The notes beneath the pieces were generated by a model. The model did no database searches and was not told the origin of the DNA. It was given only the letters and a program-made list of their open reading frames with translations. DNA of 64,000 nucleotides. It comes from Schmidtea polychroa. Its lineage: Eukaryota. Shown one piece after another: positions 1 through 10,200 of this stretch (its first letter is position 1; the number at the start of each line of letters is the position of its first letter). Made by a program: the position numbers and the translations under genes. Location of the stretch: contig CM097885.1 of NCBI GenBank assembly GCA_044892525.1, positions 35,836,001-35,900,000 of the forward strand, read 5' to 3'.

Positions 1-645
1 GTATTTGCTGTATAAGCTGTTTTTCAATTGTTATGATGATATCCTGATTGTTTATTATCTCATTCGCAAGGTTTTCAAGTATTGTATTAGGATATTTAAC
101 ACCAAGTTTGAGTTGATTTTGGTTGCTTTATTGATGCCAACTTTATAAAGTTTGGCAATAATTTCTTCGTGATTCTGTGCATTAGATGTTTTGAATCTTG
201 TTACGGTAAAGTATTCATTATTATACTGAGAAACTACATTTCGAACAATTTGTGTTCCTCTTCTTTTAACAAAATAGCAACGATAAACTTCTTTCGATCC
301 TGTATCTGTATAATAATCCTTGAGATAGGAACAGATTATATTTGCGTTTAGCTATTCCTTTGCTGTTTCATTTATTTCAAATAGCTCTGCAAATCACAAA
401 TTTTAAGTTCGTCTTCTTTTGTTTACTGTTTCTGTGTTATCATCGTATGATTTTGATTTGGATGTCTGGTAATTCACCACTTGGTCATATTCAGCACTTG
501 AATTCACTTTTTATTTTATTTTGTTTTAAACTTAAAATAATAAACTTAAATAATTTAGTAATATAATTATTTGAATTCAATTCAATAGTTATTTTATGGA
601 GACAACTTAATTTATTAATTTATATTTTATTTTTATATAATTTAT

Positions 646-670
646 GCGAGCCGGCTCCAGCACACCACTG
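646..670. mobile_element. Terminal inverted repeat of a hAT (Tip100/Zaphod-like) element, abutting the transposase fragment to its right
   Basis: The minus strand reads CAGTGGTGTGCTGGAGCCGGCTCGC, a typical hAT-Tip100 terminus. It shares the GGCTCGC/GAGCCGG motifs of the subterminal region at 6600-6697. Confidence 0.6.
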
Positions 671-779
671 CCTGTTTCATAATATCCTTAATTTTCAAGT
701 GTGCGTTAGATAAGGAATGTTCTTTAATTTTTTTGCGAAGAGAAGCCTGCCTACTATCTTTTTTAGTTCCATTTGGAGT
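671..779 (-). pseudogene. KIAA1586-like hAT transposase, downstream piece
   Basis: Translates (T)[35 protein letters not shown], matching the recalled KIAA1586/hAT segment [27 protein letters not shown]. It joins in frame to the piece at 5933-6320. Confidence 0.8.
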
Positions 780-2339
780 TGTTGGGCTAGAACTGATTTC
801 TAGACCCAAAGTTGGGAATGGGACGAAATGTGTCAGTACACAACACGCATACCCAGCATTAAGTTTACTTAAATAAAAATATATAAAACACCAAGTAAAC
901 AATGATAATAGAGAGATAATATACCCAAAAATAAAACATCTGAATTAAAAATAAAATAAAACACGAGCAAGAAGTATTACACGAAAACTTACTCAAATAT
1001 AACCGAAAGACATAAAACAACAAAAAACAAATTCGAATAAAGGCGATTAGTAAAAATTAAAAAAGAAAATTAAAGAAAATCTTCATAAAATCTTACGTAA
1101 AGAAAATTATATCGATATTTTGAATAAAAATCCAGAACAATTCATAAAAATGGCGAAATCCATCATGACGGCCAAACGACCCAATAAAATTTATAAAAAA
1201 TAAATATTTTAGTTTAAAAAATAAATATTTTAGAAAAGAAATCATAAAAAACAATTTAAAAATAAGAAATAGATTAAATTTAGCATGGACTGTTCTGGAA
1301 ATGCTGAAATCTATCATGGAGGCAAATTTAATAAAAAATAATTCGAAAATAAAATTTCAAAAATAAAAACAAAAATTCTTACTGAAAAATCGCCATCAAA
1401 ATCGATAAAAATTAAAAATCGAATGTTCGAGAATTAAAATAATCTGAATTTGTTTTACTGCATCAATGCACGCATGTATACTTACACGTCAAACAGAGGC
1501 TATATAAACTAACACATTTCGTCACTTTGAAAGCAAGGAAAAAAAAATGCAAATGAATATTTTTACTCTTATGCCAAATTTTTGGTTTTGATTTCTCTGA
1601 GATTGTAGGTAAGGACGATTTCATTGTGAATTATAAATTATTATTATTGAAAGCTTGTTTTCATTATTTCTTTTTAACTATAGAAATGTAGGTTTGAGTG
1701 AGATCGTCGGTTATCATTGATTTTGAAGCGAGATCCCAGCCAACCCTGCACCTATGCACTTTATCATCGATGATTAAACAGCCCACAATGATTGCAGGCC
1801 ACTGCCTGGCACGCACTTATCAATATTATTTGTTTTTTTTGTTCAGGTCATTCGGAGGTCGCACCACTTCATGGTTCTGCCATGGAGTTAAGTCGATGAA
1901 ATCCTCCGTCTGACTCTACCTATTTATTATAGGTCAGCCGTAAAGGGTTGACTTACCACACAACAGTAAGGTTTGTCGTAGTGGTCACAGTGGGGCCGCG
2001 AAAGCAAACACTCTTCCCGACTTTCAATACATGAATAACTTACATAGTTAAAATCTACATCCAAAATCATCACAATACAATACACTAAGGTTAATAAACC
2101 GAGTAGATCTCAGACCTAAATTAATCACAAATCTACAATTCATAATTCATGTAGACGGTTAAATATCATCAAGAACCCACTCTACCTATACGTTTGTCGA
2201 ATCTAGATTCATGAATGTCTTAAATAAATTTTTTTAGTAATAGTGTAAAGCAAAGATTTTTAAAGATGATTAATTTAGTAGTGATAGTATTCATAAAGGT
2301 GTTCGACATGCGCATCAGCAAGACTTGGATTTTAAATTG

Positions 2340-3130
2340 AATAGACTCTAAACTAACTATAAAAATACCAATCGTAAACCCATAAAAGTATAAACTATCC
2401 TCTCAATTTCATAAAAATATGAATTATACTTATAGATTCAATTTCTTCAAAATATAAATTATGATTAGTTATAAAAGTATAAATTATAAATTTAATTTCC
2501 TAAGAATATAAATTACAAATCTATATTGACGGTAAAATTATAAATTATAACTCTAAGTTAATTACAAAAGTATAAATTATAAAATTATATTAGCCTTAGA
2601 ACATAAACTATAAATTTAACTTAACCTCATAAAAATATAAATTATAAACTTAAAAGTATAAATTATAAAGTTATATTAGCTTTAAAAATATAAATTATAA
2701 CCTTAACTTCATAAAAATATAAATTATAAAATTATATTGGCTTTAAAATATAAACCATAAATTTAACTTCATAAAAATATAAATTATAAACTTAAAAATA
2801 TAAATTATAAAATTATATTAGCTTTAGAAATATAAACTATGAATTGAACTTCACCAAATATAAATTATAAACTTAAAAATATAAACCATAAAATTAGCTT
2901 CATAAAAATATAAATTATAAACTTAAAAATATAAATTATAAAATTATATTAGCTTTAGAAATATAAACTATAAATTGAACTTCACCAAATATAAATTATA
3001 AACTTAAAAGTATAAATTATAAAATTATATTAGCTTTAAAATATAAACCATAAAATTATCTTCATAAAAATATAAATTATAAAATTATATTAGCTTTAAA
3101 ATATAAACTATAAATTTAACTTAACTTAGA
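2340..3130. repeat. Complex AT-rich minisatellite built from ATAAATTATAAA-based subunits
   Basis: Many recurrences of aaatataaattataaa alternating with cttaaaa or attatattagcttt spacers. Confidence 0.85.
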
Positions 3131-3149
3131 TTGCCTTTAACATCATAGT

Positions 3150-3690
3150 TGAAAATTTTTCATCAAAGACCCCCCCATAAACCATATAGTCATCAACTAC
3201 CACCTAAATATACTAAATTAGCTTATCTTAATATACATTTAACTTATATTATATTTAAAACTATAAATTGTAAATTTTTATGAATGACCCCCCTCAAAAT
3301 CATACAGTCATTACCCATTACCTAAGCATACTAAATTGACTTATTTTTAATATATATTTAACTTACATTATAATAAAAAATATAAGTTGTAAAATTTCAT
3401 GAATGACCCCCCTCAAAATTATACAGTCATTACCCATTACCTAAGCATACTAAATTGACTTATTTTTAATATATATTTAACTTACATTATAATAAAAAAT
3501 ATAAGTTGTAAAATTTCATGAATGACCCCCCTCAAAATTATACAGTCATTACCCATTACCTAAGCATTTTAAATTAACTTATCTTAATATATATTTAACT
3601 TATATTATATTTTAAAATATAAATTGAAAATTTTCATAAATGACCCCCCTTCAAATCATGTAGCCATTAACTATTCCTTAGGTACACGAA
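3150..3690. repeat. About 119-bp tandem repeat, about 4.5 copies
   Basis: The GACCCCCC landmark recurs near 3168, 3286, 3405, 3524 and 3642. The central copies are nearly identical. Confidence 0.9.
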
Positions 3691-3811
3691 ATTATATCAT
3701 CTTCGTATAGAGTTAAATTATATTTCAAATCAAACCAAAAATTAAATAATTCCATAATTTTCGCAAAAGATACCCCCATATGTGGGAATCTTGTAAAAAA
3801 ATAAACTTACA

Positions 3812-3962
3812 TTTATTATTATTATTAACATTATTATTATTATCGTTATTAATATTATTATTATTATTATTACTATTATTATTATTATTAGTATTATTAC
3901 CATTAACATTACCACTCTTATCATTATTATTACTATTATCATTACTATTATTATTATATTAT
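3812..3962. repeat. Imperfect (ATT)n microsatellite
   Basis: Direct reading; it explains the spurious poly-I and poly-L ORFs at 3742-3965. Confidence 0.95.
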
Positions 3963-4487
3963 TAAAATAATTATCTTTATTTCAAAAAATAAAATTATAA
4001 AACCGATTATTGATTTTGGGATTCCCCTATCTCTAAATTTAGTCTCAATGGCCCTATCTTCCAATAAAATTACGGAAAATCACTAAAATCTATTTTTAGT
4101 AACACCCCCCCCCCCGGAAAACGACATCAATATTATTAATTTAAATTATATCCATATATAGGTATGTGTGTATATGTATATGTATATATATATGTGTGTG
4201 TATATATATGTGTGTGTGTGTATGTACATACAGATTTATAAAGCAACCTTATAAAAATACGATAACCTTCCCCCTCAAGACCCCTGTTATGTGATGGTCA
4301 CAACCCCCTTAAGGTGATGGAGCGAGGTTAGAGTAGTTTACTGAAGTAATTTAGTAGAATCATTTATTGATTTATTAGAATTATTGGATTTATTTTTAAC
4401 TAAATCAAAAGAGACTAAATTTATTTTTAACTAGATCAAAAAAAAAAGAAAAACAAAGACTAAGTTTATTGATTTCGATCATCAACT

Positions 4488-4898
4488 TTATTCATATAAT
4501 TGTTTCTTTGAATCATAGTTATACCAAGGTCCTTCGAGCACGGTTGATGGACCATCCCAATGAAATACATTTCCTGGAGTTGGAAGACTTCTGGATAATT
4601 CCTTATTTTCTGCTTCGTTCCTTTTGGTTCAATGACTTACATATTGATTTGACGTAATATTGTTGGATGGCCAACTATATTCCTTGCATCTCTTTTTGAG
4701 TAGTCATTGTCAGATAATTCCGCCAGGAAGATTAGTTGGTGGAACTGACCTTGGGGCAATCAAACCTTCGTACCTCACTGAATTATTATCAACTCGATTG
4801 CTAAGGAAATTAATGAAGTTAATTAATTAAATTAAGGAAGTTAATTACAATTTTCTCATTGGTGTTGTCAAACGATCTTTGCTCATTCGAGATGTCAT
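4488..4898 (-). pseudogene. NDUFA7: NDUFA7 (complex I subunit B14.5a)-like unprocessed pseudogene
   Basis: MSKDRLTTPMRKF | 48-nt GT-AG intron (4848-4801) | NRVDNNSVRYEGLIAPRSVPPTNLPGG /frameshift/ LSDNDYSKRDARNIVGHPTIL /frameshift/ ELSRSLPTPGNVFHWD. This matches the recalled NDUFA7 motifs LRY..I..R..PPP.LP.G, LS.NYY..RD.R and the invertebrate C-terminal LPTPG..Y.WD. Confidence 0.7.
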
Positions 4899-5932
4899 AA
4901 TACATTATTGATCAATAGTAATTGTTCGGAGATTCGGCCAAATGCTGATATTCCTGAAATATTATGAAATTTTAGGATATAAATGCTTAAAATTTTAATT
5001 TATTTACATTATTATATCAAAGTTAACTAAAATCATATATTTATTCAAAATTTGTTATTTAACATTAATTATAATTACTATAATAAAACAACGAAAATTT
5101 AAATAATGTTAAATAACTTTAACAAAACAAAAAGTAATAATGAAATCAAAATTCCATTACTTTATTTAAATTATTAGTTACCAACTTGTTCTAGTATTTT
5201 AACATAATGAATTCAAGTATATTACGGAGTTAGTTTGGTCATTTGAGGAATATTATAAATTGAAAATTTAAGTAGATTAGAATTATTTACTCTTCATAAG
5301 AACTTTTATGATTGTAATGAATCTAAACTTCATATATTAATATTACCCATAATTTACAAGTGATATTTGGATTATGTTAAAATAGGTTGTAAGTTAACTT
5401 AACTAAATTGAAATTTTCTTTTGATCAGGTTATCGTGGGGAATGCATGTTATCTTTATCATTTCTATTGTTTCAGTTTATTAAGTTTTTTTTTTATTTTC
5501 TAATTAAATTCATTAGTCTCAAAAATTTCTTGAGGTTTGTTTAATAAACTATGGTTATGTTTCACTTAATTTATATTCAAACATTTTAGATGTGGTGTTG
5601 TATGAACAGGTTTTAATAGATTAATGTATGATTCCTGATGACTTATGATCGTTTGAGGATAGAAAGTTTGTATAGGCATAGTTGAGAAAGTAATTATAAT
5701 AAGGGACCTGCGTAAATCGGACATATATCTTCTAACGATAGTCCGTGAACCCCGTAGAGTGCTCGACAATTACAGTGCAAGTAGTGCGCTCACTTTTTGC
5801 GAGCACTCACCCTCTTGATACAGTACCAACGTTGATCATTCAACGGGTATCAAGCGGTAAACAATGTTGTATCTTGGGTTATGCTGGTAACAGCACTAAA
5901 GAGCAAAATATTTGATCATCAGTAACCCACCA

Positions 5933-6697
5933 GAGTTATGGAACACGAAATCCATTCCTTAGAAACATGTACTTTTTTTTCTGTCTCAGTTGCTAAATAT
6001 TTAATTTGCGAACAATCTTTACATCCTAATTTGCCATCTTTTATTATCAACCATTTATATTGTTCTGTAAATAAACTTACTTGCTTTTCATTTCAACAAT
6101 CAGGCAAGTGGGTATTAATATTGGTATTTGAAAATAAATCTTCCTCGATTTCTACAGGTACAACAGATGTTTCTTCAATATGTTCGTTAAAATCAGGTGT
6201 TATGATATTTGAGTTTATTTGTGTAACTGCAGAATTGTTTAATCTGTTGCCAATTGTTTTTTCAGTCATTGTCGGCTGCGGAGCAAAAAACGTCAATAAA
6301 TTTCCCTGTTTTCTCTTCATTTTGGATAAACAATCACTATAATTTACATAAAATTAGTATTCCTAATTTGTTTTAATATATTTTAATAATAATTATTACT
6401 TACCTATTAGAAATTGTAAATTTAGTTTTAATATTTTTATATTAAACTAGCTAGCTATTAATTTTATTTTATTAAACTGAAACGTGTACACATTAATACA
6501 TTCCAGCCTAATATGAAAGACTATGTAAATTGTTATCGCAATACAAAACTATATATAACACAAATTCAAATATCAAAGTCTACTACCATCAAAATAAGTA
6601 ATTAACGGTTAGTTTTAAATTTTTGTTTGGCAATTCAATTAATTTAACAACCGGCTCGGCGATTTTTTTTATTGCCAACAAACGGCTCACGCGAGCC
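5933..6697 (-). mobile_element. 5' part of a hAT-Tip100 (KIAA1586-like) transposon: subterminal region plus transposase N-terminus
   Basis: ATG at 6320: MKRKQGNLLTFF...[57 protein letters not shown], with one TGA at a conserved Trp position. Subterminal GGCTCGCGTGAGCCG/GAGCCGGTTGTTAAA motifs at 6620-6697; the terminus falls in the N gap. Confidence 0.8.
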
Positions 6698-7244
6698 NNN
6701 NNNNNNNNNNNNNNNNNNNNNNNNNNNNNNNNNNNNNNNNNNNNNNNNNNNNNNNNNNNNNNNNNNNNNNNNNNNNNNNNNNNNNNNNNNNNNNNNNNNN
6801 NNNNNNNNNNNNNNNNNNNNNNNNNNNNNNNNNNNNNNNNNNNNNNNNNNNNNNNNNNNNNNNNNNACAAAAATAGACTTAGAATTCAAACAATTCTCAA
6901 ACAAAAATTCAGGGCTTCATATTTAATAGTTATAAGATGTTTTACAATGCAGAATAAGAACCAGATCACAAATTTACATTTACATACAGTTTTGTAATTT
7001 TAAAATGCTACGATTTATTACACTAGGTGAAACGTTCCTCAAATATAACCCTTCATAGACAAACCTTTAGTGGATTATTGTATATAATCAATTAATATTA
7101 ATGATTTATAATTTTAGTTTTTAGGGGGGAATATTTTTGAAAATGTCCAAAATCATTTCTTATTCCATTCTGCCTATTATCACTAAAAAATAAAAAGGAA
7201 AACAAATTTCTTTATTTATACTAACTGATTTTTTTGATATTTAG

Positions 7245-10200
7245 CTTTGATAGCGGGCAGTCAGAATGAAATACAAATCGAGTTGGCAAACGCCCAAGTA
7301 GAAATACAATCTCATATTCATGCTAGAGACCAGTTAACTAAAGATCATGAAAGACAAATGAAAGAATTGAATGATTTATTTGATGCATTATCAGCTGAAT
7401 CAAAAGAAAAAACTAAAATCTTTGAATTTGATATTGAGGAATACAAATCTAAGATTTTGGAATATGAAAAGAAGAGTAATCAGGTTAGGCAGACCAAATT
7501 GCAAATTTATAATTGAAAACATAATTTCTTTCAATTTCAAATTAATATTTAACTAATTTTCACCATTTACTTTTAATGTTAAAGTATATGATGATCTTTG
7601 GTGTGATTTTTAATGACAGATTAGTTCAAGCTTATTTCGCTTTCATCAATATCATATGAGAAACTCGATCTCACCCAGGATAGAACTAAATGATCTTGAA
7701 ATTAGGTCCATTAATTATCAGAGGAGAGAAATTAATATTTACCTATATTTCTTGACGTATCTAAAAACCAACATATGTATTCAAAAAATAATAAATCAGT
7801 TATATATATAATATATAATATATATAACTGATTTATTATTTTTTGAATACATATGTTGGTTTTTAGATACGTCAAGAAATATAGGTAAATAATAATTACT
7901 ATCCTCTACCGACTGCCTCATTTCACATATCGAATTAGGTATACCTATTTTTACGGCTATTTTTACCCGTAAATCTAGTGTTAAGAGCATTACCTACTAT
8001 GCTACTCGACAATGTCGAATAATTTGAATGATTTAATTAAAAACCTTTATCTTCATTCTGACAAAAGATCATAAATATAATTGGGTAGAATTAAAATTTT
8101 ATTCTTTGTCAGAATGAAAATAAATGAAATATTATCGAAGGTGACCAAAAATATAAAACGTTTACTGTAGTGACATACAACTAATTCGAATAAAAGTTTT
8201 ATTCAAAAGAACATTGAAATAAATAATTGATATATCTGCTCCAATAGCCAATGTACCAACGAAAGTACCGACACTTGATCTGGCGATTGTATGGAGATTG
8301 TTGAAGATCTTGACCACCATCAGAGAGATCATAGCTAAGAAAACGAAGGCTTCAATTTCTTGAATGTCTGGCATATATTTGCTTTATTGTTTCTGACGAG
8401 ATTTAATGATTGGGAAGTTGAATGTTTCATTGCTTTTTTATATTGAATTTTGATTATCGAGAAAAAGTGAATATCATTTAAACAATGATTTTAAATTGAT
8501 TTTAATTTAATTAACTTAATAATATATTTTAAGTTCAATTATTAAATTGATAAAAGTGGGAGTCAGATGCACTACGATAGCCACTTGACATGTTTATTTA
8601 GCATAATAGCAACTCAGAGATCAACCCAATATATTTTGATTATTTAGAATGTTTCCATAATACTCAACTTCTTTTGTTTACATAATTATTCTCAGGATTA
8701 CTCTAAATTTTTTCATACTAAAATGGGGACTGATTTTTTGAATTTCCCATCTTTCATATAGTGCTAGTTATCAGATCGATTAATCGTGCCATTTAAACAA
8801 TATACTTTTAATATAAATTTCACCGATTACTAATATTTATTATTCCATTTTAATTATTTCAGTACTTTTAATGACCCCATACTGAAAATCTCAAGTGATT
8901 ATTAATATCTATTCTAATAATAGAAAATAAAACTACAAATGAATATTAAAAAACAAATTATAGGCTTAAATGTCATCAATAATCTCAGTACAATCACTAG
9001 ATCAAGTGGCGATGCTTTTGTAGAAATATTTGCTCCAGCAGTCAATGTTCCTAAGAAAGCATCGGCTTTTGATCTGGCGATTGTACTGAGGTTGTTGATG
9101 AACTCGCATATGGGCATGTAGACTCCAGTATTGTATAATGTGAAAGTATTGGAATCTTTATCTGGTATAACTTGGTTCATTAACTCCTTATGGCAATCGA
9201 AGACAAGTGGGTCAACCATGATCTCGTAACGAACTTCACCATGAGAATCACTAGAAACAAAAATTAGTATTCTAAGGAAAATCTCTTTGGTTGAATAGAA
9301 GGTGTTGATGATCAATCTCATCAACAGATAGATCACAGCTAGTAAAACAAAGGTTTCAGGTTCTCGAATGTTTGGCATATTTCTTTTATAGATTTTGATG
9401 ACAGTTAATGATTGGGATGCCGAATGATGCATGAATTGTTTTTGGAATGAATTGGTTTTGGAATGAAAAGAATATTTAAAAAATAATTTTAAATTAATTA
9501 ATTTAATAATATTAAAGTATAATTATTAAGTTGATATTTTTATTAACGTGGAAGTCAGAGAAGATCAAAAGTTATTAGATTTATTTTTCATCATTGATAG
9601 AAATTAAATGTTTTTTATTTTGTATATCAATAAATTCACACATGCAATTAAGAAATTACAAGCTAATTAATTAATTAATGAAAATTCTATTGATAATCTT
9701 TATAATTTCTTTTTGACAACGAAAAATATATTCTTTACTTAAACATTCTTAATTAATTAAATTGTATTGGACGTGTAAAATATACGGAGTTCTGACAAAA
9801 ACTCTAACCCTAATGTAATATCTGTGTAAAATTTGTAATCTAACAATTATTTCATTTCGATTTCAGAAGGAAAGTGAACTAAAAATTCAAACAAATCAAT
9901 TGAGAAAAGAATTATTAGAAAAATCAACATTTATCAAAGATTTAGAATTAAAAATACAATTGTTAGAAAAAGATTGTTTGGAAAAGGAGTCAAATATTTC
10001 AAAATTAAACATCGAAGTAAATTAAAAATGAAATAAATAATGAAATATATCGTTTTATTGCTAGGTTTCTCAACATAAAAATACCATCGAAAAGTTGAAA
10101 TCTGAAATTAAATCCAGAATTAATGAGTTACAGAGATTACAAGAAAGAAATGAGGAAAAAAACAATGANNNNNNNNNNNNNNNNNNNNNNNNNNNNNNNN

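Larger units (their letters stand above)
780..5932. mobile_element. 5153-bp insertion with TG...CA ends and 4-bp target-site duplication (GAGT); giant solo-LTR-like or Ginger/Pack-like non-autonomous element
   Basis: GAGT at 776-779 and 5933-5936. Ends are TGTTGGGCTAGAACTGAT and (reverse complement) TGGTGGGTTACTGAT. Removing it restores the in-frame reading TCC ATA ACT CCA AAT GGA (SITPNG) of the host transposase. No intact ORF inside. Confidence 0.8.

Noticed and set aside
1-500. Coding-like purine-rich minus strand with several in-frame TAA stops, raising the idea of a variant genetic code
   Set aside because: The FAM184, RING and PolB frames contain no internal TAA/TAG and end at standard stops. 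This is more likely a decayed element; no family was recognised.
950-1440. A-rich frame resembling a LINE ORF2 linker (KENLHKILRKENYIDILNKNPEQFIKMAKSIM)
   Set aside because: Short, low-complexity, interrupted by stops, with no RT or endonuclease motifs nearby.
5005-5050. ISKLTKIIYLF, resembling the FAM184 N-terminal KIAQLTKVIY motif
   Set aside because: No start or splice context, AT-rich chance match, and it lies inside the 5.15-kb insertion.
6589-6997. ORF-track entries spanning N runs (also near 10.1, 23.2, 27.7, 28.5, 40.4, 46.4, 48.9, 49.9, 54.2, 55.4 and 62.6 kb)
   Set aside because: Artefacts of translating assembly gaps; only flanking parts that coincide with called exons were used.
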